From contig NC_086097.1 in the NCBI RefSeq assembly GCF_963921235.1, forward strand, positions 231,448,001 to 231,512,000: DNA of 64,000 nt. Direction: 5' to 3'. The notes below the pieces were generated by a model that was not told the DNA's origin, made no database searches, and saw only the letters and a program-made list of their open reading frames with translations. The position numbers were made by a program, and so were the translations under genes. Positions within the stretch are counted from its first letter, which is position 1. The number at the start of each line of letters is the position of its first letter. The stretch comes from Mobula hypostoma (taxonomy: Eukaryota). Positions 1 to 13,905 of this stretch are shown one piece after another.

Positions 1-1646
1 TCAATTGTCTGCACTGTTGAAATTTAAATGCTGCTTGTTCTTTAAAATTGGAAGTCTGGTAAAGCTGATAGATATACTGAAAATTACTTAACTATCTGCT
101 GGAATGTTTCTTGCGTTTTCCCTTCGCATGAAGGATTTTACTGTACCTCAAGCACAACAGAAAGAAATAAAAGAAATATATAATTTATTTTTTAAAAAGG
201 ATAAATAAAATGTAATATCATATAAAAATAATTCTCAAAAAGTCAGGATGCCTTTTTTGTTGCTCCTATATTTCTTACTGGTCTCTGCATTTACAGTCTT
301 GGTGCTGTTTCATGACACTCAACCAAAAATACAAGATTGAGGGGAGAATTTTTCATTCAATGGCTACATTACATTTTGTGTAGTTGTAGACTTCCTTGTT
401 AATGTACATACATTGGAGAGGACAAACAATACTAAACATTATTATATCAGACAAACTTATTTTGAGAAACAATGCGGTTTCTTCAGTCATTGGATTGTAG
501 TGTATTATGGTAGAGAAATGCAAAGCAAACTGGTGAAGACATTTAAATTATAGATTTTTTTAAACAAATAGTAAGGCTTTTGAACTGTATTACATATTAT
601 ATGAAGAATAAACAAATTGGAAATATTTTGAATTCTTGCAGAGGATACTGTTACAAAAAACTATAATTTATCTAAGATGTAAGCAGGCATCTTCAATATT
701 TTTGACTTCCATTTTCAATTTGATATGTTAATGCAATGGACTGCTATGAAAGGAGCAACATTTCTGATAAATGGAAAGTGAGATGATATTTATTGAGTCA
801 TGGGAACATGAAATTACATGGGAACATGATATTAAATGATGTCATCAATTGAGGGGAAAAGCTGCTGGACAAAGCATTGGTTTAAAACTGAAGGATGCAT
901 GCTTGGTGAAAATAAGTACTAAATTTGGACATTTTCCTCGGATTAGAATTCATCAATGCCATGCTATTGAAATTTAGTGTTCTTGATAAAGAAAATGCTC
1001 AGTGTATAATAAGTGATGGCTGTGATAAACTACTTAAATTATTTAGTAACCTGTAAAGGTAGCAAAAGAGGTATTTGTGTCATGGATACATGGCCTCCAT
1101 CGTGTATGAATGGCTAAATTAAAATCATAGTGGAAAGGGAATTCAAGTAAATTATAAGGAGATTGAAAAAAATCATCTAGTACAGAGCCTCTAGGATATT
1201 GCCTTGTATTTGCAGGTTTTTTATTTTATAAATAAAGGTAGTATAGTAGACTGATTCATTGAGATAATTATTGCTCTTAGTTTTGACATTTTTATGTATG
1301 TGTTTTATTGCATACTTTGCTAGGCTGGAGTTGATAGCTGTTTCCTCCTCGATCAATCTCTAAACAGTTTCTTCTGGAAGAGGGTTTGTGAGTATTTGTG
1401 AGTATCATGGAAGGTGTTGGCTAAGGTGTAGTTAAATTGTTTAATTTCTATCTTGGCTCACCTTTCATTTGAGGGAATCTAGGAGGGAGGAGTTTTAAGA
1501 CACAATTTTTAGGGAAAATTAAAATTTCAAGCAGATTCCAATAAATTTGGAGACAATTTTGTCCCCAGTTCTTTATTGTGTTGTTAAACTGTGCCATGGA
1601 ATATTGCTGAGGACACTATTTCTAATTATTAGTATATAGATTATGA

Positions 1647-2378
1647 ACACGAGGAAATCTGCAGATGCTGGAATTTCAAGCAACACACATTAAAAAATGC
1701 TGGTGAACGCAGCGGGCCAGGCAGCATCTATAGGAAGAGGTACAGTCGACGTTTCGGGCCAAGACCCTTCGTCAGGACTACCTGAAAGAAGAGATAGTAA
1801 GAGATTTGAGAGGGGGCGGGGGATCCAAAATGATAGGAGAAGACAGGAGGGGGAGGGATGGAGCTAAGAGCTGGAGAGTTGATTGGCAAAAGGGATATGA
1901 GAGTATCATGGGACAGGAGACCTAGGGAGAAAGAAAGGGGGAGGGGGGAAGCCCAGAGGATGGGCAAGGAGTATAGTGAGAGGGACAGAAGGAGAAAAGC
2001 GAGAGAGAAAAAAAAATTAATAATAAATAAATATGGGATGGGGTATGAAGGGGAGGTGGGGCATGAACGGAAGTTGGAGAAGTCAGTGTTCATGCCATCA
2101 GGTTGGAGGCTACCCAGACGGAATATAAGGTGTTGTTCCTCCAATCTGAGTATGGCTTCATCTTGGCAGTAGAGGAGGCCGTGGATAGCCATATCAGAAC
2201 GGGAATGGGACGTGGAATTAAAATGTGTGGTCACTGGGAGATCCCACTTTCAAATCTCTTACTATCTCTTCTTTCAGTGAGTCCTGGCGAAGGGTCTCGC
2301 CCCGAAACGTCAACTGTACCTCTTCCTATAGATGCTGCCTGGCCTGCTGTGTTCACCAGCATTTTTTATGTGTGTTGC
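1647..2378 (-). mobile_element. Truncated Penelope-like element with GIY-YIG endonuclease C-terminus and inverted terminal repeat
   Basis: ORF 1728..2234 begins HFNSTSHSRSDMAIHGL...RLEEQHLIFRLGSLQPDGMN; about 1679-1810 is inverted at about 2249-2378; TSD-like TATATAGATTATGA (1633-1646) / TATATAGAATGTGA (2379-2392). Confidence 0.85.
1744..1779 (-). ncRNA. Minimal type I hammerhead ribozyme motif of a Penelope-like repeat
   Basis: AGUC-CUGACGA-A-GGGU(CUUG)GCCC-GAAAC-GUC-GACU: intact core, stem I AGUC/GACU, palindromic ACGU stem III. Confidence 0.75.
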
Positions 2379-4269
2379 TATATAGAATGTGAGTTTAGAT
2401 TAAAAGAAAAAGTATATTCAGAAAATTAGGCCGCTGTTTGTTAAACCTGTTTATAGTTTTATTAGAATATGGAGAAAAGTAACGTGAATAGATAGAGAAG
2501 GAAGTGGGATAGTCAATACTTGTGGGCATTGGAAGATAAGATGGATTGAGTAGTACTTGCGCTGTAAAATGTTTGTTTATTGGTGGGAGCAGAATGCACT
2601 CTGTTACTCTTGCTGTCTTGAATCATCATCACTGAAACAGATTATCTTGTCACCATCATATTATGTTCGTGGTTCCTTGTTTTGTTGAGATAAGCCCCAA
2701 GTATTTCCGACGCTATTGCAATAAATACTCTCAATAATCTGCATGTCCTGAAAGGGATGTGAAAGTTGTTGTATAAATGCAGACCTTTGTTTTTTTTTTC
2801 CCCACAATGATTAGAATTTTGTAATTTGAGATGCTATTCATACTTGTCGAATATGTAAATCTAATCATTGGAACCAAGGTTTTTGTTACAATTTTGATTA
2901 TAGGTTATTGAATAAAGCTACTGTAGTTTCTTAGTCTGATGTTACTAGGGGAAGATGGTTTCTCAGTCTGTTCCGGTGGAATTCCAAAAGATGGAGCATT
3001 TTAGGCAAATGTAGGGTAAGTCAGCCTGAGGATCAGATGGGATTAGATGGGATTTTGTTAGCTCTGAAATATTTTCTTCAATCCCTTTACAAATCTGCCT
3101 CGTGAGAAACTTAAGGAATTGGTGGACAACTTTGCTAATGAGGTCCTCCATCCAACTGCTTTAGTTGTCACTCGACAACTTGCTTTAGTTTTTGTCTCAT
3201 CTCTACTCATCATTTCATTTTGTTGGGGATTATTGATCTCCCTATTTCGTCTTGGCTATTGACCACCTAGCTTTCAGCTTTTTACCTTCATGTTTGCTGA
3301 CGTTATAAATTCAGAAACAGTTAATACTCTCCAAATGTCAACAAAATACCAATCTTTGGAGAATGCGGAAGCTTTCTGCAATGTCCTTTAACTTCTGAAA
3401 GGTGTTGTCATTTATTTCAAAGAGCTCTATGTGTGACACTCTCCAATATGGTTCATTTATAATAGTGCAGAAATGGTTATGCTCTGTTTCTGTTTTGATG
3501 GTAGTCTATACCTTTTGTTTTACTGCAGAATTTCTCATCTCAACTGAAATATCTGCTGTTGTTCATTTGAGTGATCTATCTTCATTTTTTTTTTCTTGCC
3601 AAATCCAATGTGACCTATGAATTTTATCAAAGAGCTTCTAATCCCGTTGATGTGTAGTAGCTTTTTGAGTCTCCCACAATACTTTTCAATATAAAGTTCT
3701 ACAAGAAGTCAGTGCTACAAAGAGTCAGGACCCCACATCTAAATGTTGACCATCCCTTTGCTTCCACATTGCATAAGTCACTGAGTTCTCCAGCAGATAA
3801 TTCTTGAGTCCATATTTAAATCTCCTAGATTGCTACTAATTTTAAATTGTAACCCCCATTGCTCTGCTTTACGCTCATTTCTTTTTGTTTTAAAATAGTT
3901 TCTCATTATTGTTGTTGGTTCCTATCAGCCATCGTTCCTCCAAGAGGAGATTAAAACCAAAACTTATGAAATATTATCTGTGCAAACAAGATCAATCCTT
4001 CCACTGTCAAGGAAGTGAGGAATTGTTTGCTGCACACAGAATGTTGAAGCGTATCCTACTGAAATTGCTTTATCTTCTGCGGCCTCTGCTGACGTATGTT
4101 ATCACACCTGCCAGGTTTTGATGCTTTGCCATTCTTATTCACTGCTGTTCTTTTGGTGCTTTCCATAGACCTTATAGTGGTTTTCCTTTCTTTTACAACT
4201 ATTTACTACCTCCAACTTGTACCTAGATTTTCGGACATTGCTATAATGATTTGAATGTCTTTTTTCTAG

Positions 4270-4434
<165 letters not shown>

Positions 4435-5174
4435 TAATTTTTTGGTGGCAATATGATGTGTGCAGTATTTATGCTGTACATGAATAATAAGTTTATAGAT
4501 GGGAAAAGGTTATGTGTGTACACCAAGGCAAAGATTGTTCTTCATGAAGATCACTGAAGTATAACTTGCATTATATTCTATGCAAATAAAATTTGGATCA
4601 CCAGTTCTCATACTTTGTTTATGTTTTAAAGTTACTTTGCAAACCAAGCAAACAGGTCTTTTGACCTTGACTTTGAAATTGTTTGTTTCTCGCACCTTTG
4701 AGTGACCAGAATTTCTGATTCCCATTGATTTCAGCTTGAAATTCCAGTCTGGCACACCGCTATTATATCCTTAAAGTAGTTCTTTTATGTCATAATTGGA
4801 TAATTAAACGCAGAAATAACACAGGCTGACTCGTATCTTCTAGTCAATAGCAAAAGATCTTCCGTGTTACTGTAATCCAGCATCTTTTCCAGTGCAGTGC
4901 TCTCAAAAGAGGTCTAAGATGAAATTGAAACTTATAGCTGAAAAATAGAAAATATAAATTAGAAAAAATACTTCAGATTAAAACCATATATGGAAAACAC
5001 AATATTGGCAAAAAACATTGGATTAAGGGAGAATCCTACCTCCTTTGTCTGTGCCAATGGTGTAGTGGTATCCACACTCGGACTTCAGAACAAGAGGTCC
5101 AGGGTTTGGATCCGGCTGGCTCCTTGCAGACTTTTGATCATTCTGGGTTGAGGGTCGAGCTAGCAACTTATAAT

Positions 5175-7100
5175 TACAAATATAAAACACAAAATAATTG
5201 ATTGCATAAGTATTCACCCCCTTTAATATAACACACCAAATCATCACTGATGCAGCCAATTGATTAGATTAGATTAGATTCAACTTTATTGTCATTTTGC
5301 CGAGTACAGATACAAAGCCAATGAAATGCAGTTAGCATCTAACCAGAAATGCAAAGAATAGTGTTATTTACAAAATAACTGCGAATAAAAAGTGCTGCAG
5401 CACACAAATATAAAAGTACTGAGACAGTACAATATGGGTGCAATACTGCTTAGCGCTCTGATGTGAGGTTCAGCAGGGTCACAGCCTCAGGGAAGAAGCT
5501 TTTCCTGTGCCTGCCGGTGCGGGAGCAGAGGCTCCTGTAGCGCCTACCAGATGGGAGGAGAGTAAAAAAAAGCCCATGGTTAGGGTGAGATGCATCCTTG
5601 ATAATGTTTTTCGCCCTGCCCAGGCAGCGTTTATGGTAGATGTTCTCAATGGTGGGCAATTGGGTGCCGATAATCCGCTGGGCAGTTTTCACCACATGCT
5701 GGAGTGCTTTGCGGTCCAATACGAGACAATTGCCGTACCACACTGAGATGCCGTTGGTGAGTATGCTCTCAATGGCACAGTGGTAAAAGTCTGTCAGTAT
5801 CCTGGGACAGAGGTGAGTTTTCTTGATGCTCTGCAGGAAATAAAGGCGCTCTTGTGCCTTTTTGATCAGGATGGAGGATTTCAGGGACCAGGTGAGATCC
5901 TCGGAAATGTAGACACAAAGGAATTTGAAACTTGATACACGCCCCACTACAGTTCCTTGAATGTAGATGGGGACGTGAGTGTGGCTCCTAGCATGCCTGA
6001 AGTCCACAATGATCTCCTTGGTCTTCTGGGTGTTAAGGGCCAGGTTGTTGTCGGCACACCACGTGGCCAGGTGCTGGACTTCGTCCCTGTAGGCCGTCTC
6101 GTCATCCCCTCTGCTCAGGCCAACCACCGTGGTGTCATCTGCGAACTTGATTATAGAGTTAGAACCATGTACAGGAATGTGGTCATAGGTGAAAAGGGAG
6201 TACAGAAGAGGGCTCAGCACACAGCCTTGAGGCACGCTGGTGTTCAGGGTGAGAGTGGAGGAGGAGAGGTTGTCTAACTTAACAAATTGGTTGTAGATGT
6301 TACATAATTATTTAAATGGAGGTCACTGTGTGCGGTCAAGATGTTTCAATTGATTATAGTAAAAATACATCTGCATCTGGAAGGTCCAACTGCTGGTGAC
6401 ATGGCAAAAACTACACTCTGAAGACAAAAGAACACTCCTTGCAACTACGCAAAAAGGTGAAAAGCACAAGTCAGGAGATGGATACAAGAAAATTTCCAAG
6501 ACACTAGATATCCCTTGGAGTACAGTCAATTCAGTTATTAAGAAATAGAAAGAATATGGCACAGCTGTAAATCTGCCTAGAGCAGGCCTTCCTCAAAAAC
6601 TGAGTGACCTTGCAAGAAGGGGACTAGTGAGGGAGACCACCAAGAGACCTGTGACAACTCTGGAGGAGTACAACAACTGTTGCCTGGGTGCTTCACAAGT
6701 TGCAGCTTTATGGGAGAATGGCAAAGAAAAAGCTACTGTTTTTTAAAAAAACACATAAAATCTCGACCAGAGCTTGCCAGAAGGATGTGGGAGGCTCTGA
6801 AGTCAGCTGGAAGAAAGTTCTATTGTCTGATGAAGCCAAAATTGAGCTTTTTGGCCTTCAGACTAAACGCTATGTTTGGTATAAGCCAAACATTCCACAT
6901 CATCAAAAACACACCATCCCTACCATGAAGCATGGTGGTGGCTGCATCATACTGTGGGTTGTTTACTGTAGTAGGCCCTGGATGGGCTTGTGAAGGTAGA
7001 GGGTAAAATGTTTGCAAAATACAGGGAAATCCTGGAGGAAAACCTGATGCAGTCTGCAAGAGAATTGTGATTTGGGAGATGATTTGTTTTCCAGCAAGAG
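5175..7100 (+). mobile_element. Degenerate Tc1 transposon split by a Rex LINE insertion
   Basis: Transposase fragments (WKKVLLSDEAKIELFG...TMKHGGGCIILW); 5175-5262 and 6283-7100 align contiguously to the Tc1 copy at 33.9-34.8 kb. Confidence 0.85.
5263..6280 (-). mobile_element. 5'-truncated Rex/Babar-type LINE (RT C-terminus)
   Basis: ORF 5450..6235 PQGCVLSPLLYSLFT...KFADDTTVVGL; 3' end AATAAA followed by an (AATCT)n tail at about 5263-5290. Confidence 0.88.
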
Positions 7101-7520
7101 TCTGCCAACTGGAAAGCTTCTATTCAAATAATGCAATCCAAAGAGAAGCTTCCAACGCTATCCAAAATTATTCAAATGTAACCACCAGGGGACACACTGA
7201 ACAATTGAATATGCATCCTGTGGCCACCTGGAAGCACATTAAGCAGCAAGTAGTTATATGAAATACAAGCAATTAATTGTTAAACTGCAAAGAAAATAAC
7301 AACAGAACAGTCAGATCCAATCTATAATCTGTTTTGATTAATTCTATAGAAACAAAAGTCGTGGAACCATTTGTAAAGTTATAATTTATTTTTTGGTTTA
7401 CTTGGTACTTGAGTGAAATTATATTAAGTGAATAGTTTGTTCCTTGTGCTTTTTTTTTAACAAAAGTATGTTGTGTAACAGCAGTAATATTCTTTCTTTT
7501 TCCCTATTTTTTTTAACCAG

Positions 7521-7587
7521 TCTGACCTGAAATGTGTGCAAGATGCAAAAGGCGGTTCCTTTTACAGAGATCATTGTCCTGTTCTTG
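7521..7587 (+). CDS. mib1: Mind bomb 1 coding exon (exon 5 equivalent), [22 protein letters not shown](G)
   Basis: ttttaaccAG|TCT...CTT G|GTatgt; 67 bp, phase 0/1; in frame with both neighbours. Confidence 0.97.
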
Positions 7588-9469
7588 GTATGTAACTGCA
7601 GCCGTTTTTTATGAAGGCCCACAGAAGCTAACTGACTAGATGGATGAAAATAGGGATTTTAGCATGTAATGTATTCAAGATTCTGGGTTTATTTCTGTCA
7701 TTGTTTTCTATCAATAATCATCTGAGCTTAAAAGGCTGCTGCATTTTGATCATAATAGCATGATGATGACTTTGCAAATCTTTTTCTTTTGCCCTTTTGT
7801 TGAACTTGTATTGCAGCTGTATCATAGTTTGTGATCAATCCAAGGATTAATCCATTGCCTTTTGATAATGGTTCGTCAAGGGATGCACTGCCCTCTTCCA
7901 GTCACACATTGGCATTTCCATATCACCTTGGACTAGTTAATGACAAATATTAGGTGATAACTTCTCTGCCAAAAATCTTGGGGAAAAACCCTGAAGGCAG
8001 CTTTTGGTCGAATATGGTACCACAGAACTAATTCATCAACATTGATTGCAAAGAAAATTCCTCAAATAATTATTCAATTATTATGTAGTTGTTGGAGGCC
8101 AGTTATTTCTTTCCAGGATTAAGCAGCAGAATTTTACTGAGGCTTGATTACATTCAAATGCACATTCCTGTAGATGCTGGAAATAAGAAAGAAAAATTGA
8201 AAATGCTTAAACACCCAATAATTTTGGTGGTGTCTGTGGAGAGAGGAACGGGTAAAGTTTCAGGTTGATGATTTTTCATTAAAACTTAGAATACTTGAAA
8301 AGTTTTAGGATGTGGTTTGGATTGTATGGCTAAAGGTGTAGAGAACAAAAATAAATGTTTATGATTGGTGGAAAAGAAGAGAAATGAAAATAGAACTGAT
8401 TATGTTGGTAATAGCCTTTGGAGAGTTGAAAATGCAGAACATTTATCTGAAAATACGAAAGGACTTGGGATGGTAAAAAGCTGGAATAAAAGTGGTTCAA
8501 CAACTCTCTCTGAAATTGTCGTATCTGGAAAGCTGTATTTTCCCAAACAAGATGTTATTACACAAGCTCATTTTGTACATTATTGGATCTTAATGGAGGC
8601 AGAGGCGGAGAACCAGGAAAAATAGAGATTCAAGTGACTATCTCATGATTTGAGTGTTACAATTCAGCTGTGTCTAGTTGTATTATTGGCCGCCTTCCAT
8701 GAAGGAAGCTTCACTGATGATTGAACTAAATTCAGGACTGGTGGTAAAGCAATACATGGCTATGTTCAGCAGGATTCAGGATGCTTGACCTGATGAGTGT
8801 TAACATGAAAGAGAGACAAGTTGGAAAGAGGCTAATCTCTGGCTGAATTGCTGTCTTTCCTTGAAATTACAAAATGGCCTGCAGTTCACTTTCTGACAAC
8901 CAGAAGTTGAATTTAACTAGTCATGCAAGGGTTCATTATCAGTATGAATGAGAATTTCGTTATTCTTTGGCCATAGCTAGTTATTCTGCAATTTTCCTGA
9001 AGCAAGTAGCTTTTCTCTTAAGTGTAGGTTTTAGGATTTTGGCTTCGCTGGCAAGCCATTTATTGCACATCCCTAATTCTTCTGTGTGGCTTACAAGGCC
9101 ATATAAGAGGGCATTGAAGAGGCAACTGTATGTAAACTCGTGTGGGTAAGGATGTCATTTGTAAAATAGAGTATTTTAATGACAATCCAGAGAATTTATA
9201 GTCAGGCCTGCTAGTTCTCTTTTTAATTTAAAATTGACAGAATTTATTTTTAGCTGCCTTGGTGGTGTTTGAACTCTGGATCACTGAATGGTGGTTACTG
9301 GGTCGTTAACCTAAGCTTCTGCTAATTGGTAACAACCATTGAGCCACATTGTCATTTGCACCTACAGTAAGAATGCATTGAAATATCCTCTTTTTCCTTA
9401 ATAATTTTACTGCTATAGTCCCGCCTGTTGTGTACATACATCTACTGATGCCTCTGGACACATGTTCCT

Positions 9470-9690
9470 GGAATCATTGGGTGTTTTGGGTCTTTCAACA
9501 TCATACACCCTCCTCCAGGTGACCCAGCTGGAGCTGATCAGACCCCAGCTTGTGTCCAGGTATCTAGCTACTTATAACTCCATGGCTCCCCTCTTTTGAG
9601 CCACAGCCATCTTGAGGCCCTCTCTGCCGCATCGGTGGTACTGCGGATGGCTTTCCTCTTCCTCTCTCCCTCGATGCCTAAATGTACAGA
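9470..9690 (-). mobile_element. 3' fragment of a HERO-like RLE non-LTR retrotransposon
   Basis: The - strand reads HLGIEGERKRKAIRSTTDAAERASRWLWLKR followed by 3' UTR; similar copy at 46.7 kb. Confidence 0.6.
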
Positions 9691-10236
9691 ATATTGATAG
9701 CTATTAATTGCACAATAGTTTGTAAGTATTATAATTATTTGCTTTAGTTGTGGTAGAAGCTGCTTTGTTTAATCATTATTTACAGCTTACTGAGCTGCAC
9801 TAAATACAAGGATAAATGTCATTGCACCTTGTTAAGGTTGGCTGAATGTAACAGTTGTTTTAATAACTTCAGCTTCCTTTTCCACTGCAGTTTGAAATGC
9901 AGATTTACTCTAAAGCATTTTTTCATATTTCTTACAAACTTTTGAATAATTTACAAATAGAAAAAACAAAACTTTGTAGTATATGTGATAATAGATGAGT
10001 AATGGAATGATAGTAATAAATTTTATTTATATTAGGGCCTAAGTGCATTCATATTGTTACTTTTCAGACAATTCAGTAAGCAGATTTTAATGAAAGGAGT
10101 GGAAGTATATAGAAAACTTATAAAATTGGGCAGAGAAATAAAGCATATTGCAAACATTCAGTTTATTAAGATGATAGAACCAAAACCACAGAACACTCAT
10201 TTTTAAGGCACTTTATATACAGTTTTAAAAAACGCG

Positions 10237-10670
10237 AACAACAGGAATTCAACAGATGCTGGAAATTCAAGCAACACACATCAGTTGCTGGTGAACGCAG
10301 CAGGCCAGGCAGCATCTCTAGGAAGAGGTACAGTCGACGTTTCAGGCCGAGACCCTTCGTCAGGACTAACTGAAGGAAGTGTTAGTAAGAGATTTGAGAG
10401 TGGGAGGGGGAGGGGGAGATGCAAAATGATAGGAGAAGACAGGAGGGGGAGGGATGGAGCCAAGAGCTGGACAGGTGATTGGCAAAAGGGATATGAGAGG
10501 ATCATGGGATAGGAGGTCTGGGGAGAAAGACAGGTGGGGGGGGGAACCCAGAGGATGGGCAAGGGGTATAGTCAGAGGGCCAGAGGGAGAAAGTGAGAGA
10601 AAGAATGTGTGTATAAAAATAAATAACGGGTGGGGCATTAGTGGAAGTTAAAGAAATCGATGTTCATGCA
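10237..10670 (-). mobile_element. Penelope-like element 3' fragment with hammerhead motif at 10332-10367
   Basis: Highly similar to 1647-2095; the - strand reads AGUCCUGACGAAGGGUCUCGGCCUGAAACGUCGACU. Confidence 0.82.
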
Positions 10671-11316
10671 TCAGTGTAAAGATTATCTAAGCCTTAGTGA
10701 TGTGTTGGTGTTCAAGGGATATGGGAATTCTGTGTTGAAGATAGTTTGAGGTTGGTTAATAAACCAAATGACAATCTGCACTATAATTTGATGAGGTGGT
10801 TGTTTGGTTTGTTGGGTCGTGTTTGCCTTGTATTATGTTTCTGAAGGCTGCATTGGTACAACTGAAATATCACTTCCTAGTTGGAATTCCAATGCTTTTA
10901 GTGATGTGTTTATCTGATGTGTATGTGCTTGTCCTTTTCTCTTAACTCCTGTCACCCTTAACAGATATTTTAGTTTGCCTTTGTTAGGTTGAAAGTCGAT
11001 GATCTAATATCTGCTCTGTCTTTGTCCTCTGCATGTTCCTGCTTTTATTCTCTTAATTTAAGATTCTTCCTAGCAATGTGATTTTAAAACTAAATGTACT
11101 TTGTTCCTTCGCAATAGTCTCTCATCATTAAATTTCTTCTGGAAATCTATATAGAAATTCTATATAGTCAAGATTCAAAGGTTTATCTGTTTTTAAATGC
11201 TGCGTGAGATAAGTTGTATTTGAAAGTTGGACAGTAATAGTGTTAAGTTGGTATATTCTAAGAAAAGAAGCGCAGATGGTGTGAATGGTTCATCATAGCA
11301 CTGATTGTTGTTTCTG

Positions 11317-12271
11317 ATAGATAGATATACTTTATTGATCCCGGGGGAAATTGGGTTTTGTTACAGTCGCACCAACCAAGAATAGAGCATAAATATAGCA
11401 ATACAAAAACCACAAACAAACAAACAACAAAATGCAAGCTATGCCAGATGGAAAGTAAGTCCAGGACCAGCCTATTGGCTCAGGGTGTCTGACCCTCCAC
11501 AGGAGGAGCTGCAAGTTCAATGGCCACAGGCAGGAACGACCTCCCGTGCTGCCCAGTGTTGTATCTCGGTGGAATATGGCTGAAGTCCAACAGCAAAAAG
11601 TTCAATATCTGGTCTACAAACATGTTCCTCGATCGTAATATGACCCGGATTGCACCATCTGTTATTAACCAGAACAGTAAGCCCCCAACTCCTTTACGCT
11701 TACTGCTCTCAGTGCACTTCCGGTCAGCCGGAACGGTTTGGAAGCCGTCCATGGAGAAGCTTTGATCGGGTATGTCCTCGTGCAGCCCTGTTCCAGTGAA
11801 ACACATAACACTACACTCCCGAAATGTTCTCTGACGCCTGGCTAGCGCTATGAACTTGTCCATTTTATTACCCACCGAACTCCTCTTCTCCATAAGTCTC
11901 TGTTGTCTCGACCCGGTCCTCTTTCCTCAACTTTTTGATCCCCATCTGCATCCTCTGTGTGTTTTCCTCCAGATTTCAGCGGGGGGTGTCTGCCACTCTG
12001 CTCGCTAGACCAGCCGGCATAAGCTCAATCAGCTGGTCCCTGGAATACACAATGCTGCCATGCTTCTGTCCCGCTAATAAGACGTGTCTGAATGTAATTA
12101 TTTCCAGTGCTAAAAACCCAAATAAAACTCCTCCTACCAGCATGTTAGTAAGGGTGTAGCTTCGACGTGTTACCATACAAAAAAAAATACAGAACATAAC
12201 ATAAGTTAAAAAGTAAGAATATGGTCTGGAACGGCTGTAACAGGCTGCATGCATGACCGGCGCATGCGCAC
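11317..12271 (-). mobile_element. Internally deleted Rex/Babar-type LINE (5' region and endonuclease start fused to the 3' end)
   Basis: ORF 11480..11893 joins AP-endonuclease-like FRECSVMCFT..LHEDIPD to C-terminal RYNT..HGRSFLPVAI; (TATC)n tail at about 11317-11328. Confidence 0.7.
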
Positions 12272-12530
12272 TCATAGTTCACCATGAAGAGTGATTGAAG
12301 TGACTGGTGGGTTCATAATGACAAAATCAATGATGGTCAAAACCTGAATTTGCTAAAATAAGTGCATCTTCAAGAGTAGTTTACTCTGAAGTGTATTTTG
12401 TTGTCTATGCAAACTCATTAGATCTTTACCATATTAATCTTGACCTCATTAATGTGTAGCTAGAGGTAAATAAGGAAAGGTTTGGAGGGATATGGATAAG
12501 CACAGGCAAATGAAATTTTCTCAAGAGTCA

Positions 12531-13905
12531 TTAAAAAGTACAGCATGGAAACAGGCTCCTTGGCTCAGCTAGTCCATGTCAAACTCTTTTAAGCTGCCTA
12601 CTCCCATCCACCTGCACTGGGACCATAGCGCTCCATAACCCTAAAATCCATATACCTATCCAAACTTAGCTGAAATGTTGAAATCAAGCTCGCATGAACT
12701 ACTCGTGATGGCAGCTCAGTCCTCACTCCCACGACTCGCTGAGTGAAGAAGTTTTCCTTTAAACTTTTCACCTTTCACCCTTAACCCATGACCTCTAGTT
12801 GTAGTCCCACCCAACTTCAGTGGAGAAAGCCTGCTTACATTTACCCTATCTATACTGCTCATAATTTTGAATACCTCTATCAAATCATCTCTCAATCTTC
12901 TACATTCCAAGGAATAAAATCCGAACCTTTGAATGTAGGTTCTCAGACCTGGTAACATCCTTGAAAATTTTCTCTATACTCTTTCAAACTTACTTACATC
13001 TTTCCTGTAAATAGGTGACCAAAACTGCACACAGTACTCCAAATTAGGCCTCACTAATGTCTTATACAACTTCAACATAACATCCCATCTCCTGTACTCA
13101 ATGCATTGATGTATGAAGACCAATGTGACAACACTTTGAATTATGGACCTATATTCCCAAATTCTCAGCTCCCTACTGTTCACTGTCTAGCCTGGTTAGT
13201 CCTACTGAATCCACCTTGTACTTATTTGCATTATATTCTATCTGCCTTTTCTTAGCCTATTTTTCCAGCTGATCCAGATCCCCCTGCAAGCCATGATGCC
13301 CGTCTTTGCTGTCCACTACACCCCCAATCTTGGTGTCATCCTTAAATTTACTGATCCATATTATCATTGCGTTGTTGATTCAGATGACAAACAGTAATGG
13401 ACCCAGCACTGATTGCTGCAGCACTCTACTAGTCACGGGCCTCCAGCCAGAGAGGCAACCCTCTACTACCACTCTTGGCTTCTTTCACAAAGCCAATGTC
13501 TAATCCAATTTACTACTTCATCTTGAATGCCGAGAAACTGAACTACTTTGACCAGCCTCCTATGCGGGGCCTTGTCAAATGCCTTACTAAAGTCCATGTA
13601 GACACCACCCACTGCCTTGCTTCATCCACTTTCACGGTAACCCTCGAAAAACTCTGTAAGATTCATTAGATATGACCTACAATGCACAAAGCCACGCAGT
13701 CTATCTCTAATTAGTCCATATCTATCCAAGTACTGATTTACCTGGTCCCTTAGAATACCTTCCAATAACTTTCCCACAACTGATCTCAGACTCACTGGTC
13801 TGTAATTTCCTGGTATATGTTCAGAGCCTTTCTTAAAAGGCGGAACAACATTGCCTGTCCTCTATTTCTCTGGTGCCTCTCCTGTTGCTCAGGATGATTT
13901 AAATA
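12531..13905 (-). mobile_element. Degenerate CR1 LINE, 3' portion
   Basis: Fragments LKLYKTLVRPNLEYCVQFWSP and RLRDDLIEVFKIM; many frameshifts. Confidence 0.85.

Noticed and set aside
1..4269. Upstream mib1 exon or promoter
   Set aside because: No match to the preceding exon (RKSKKITARGIF...) and no CpG island; AT-rich intron.
5050..5170. tRNA gene
   Set aside because: Only degenerate A/B-box-like sequence without a cloverleaf; a SINE head with a relative at about 43972.
5450..6235. Longest ORF (261 aa) as a host gene
   Set aside because: It is the RT C-terminus of a 5'-truncated Rex/Babar LINE with a microsatellite tail.
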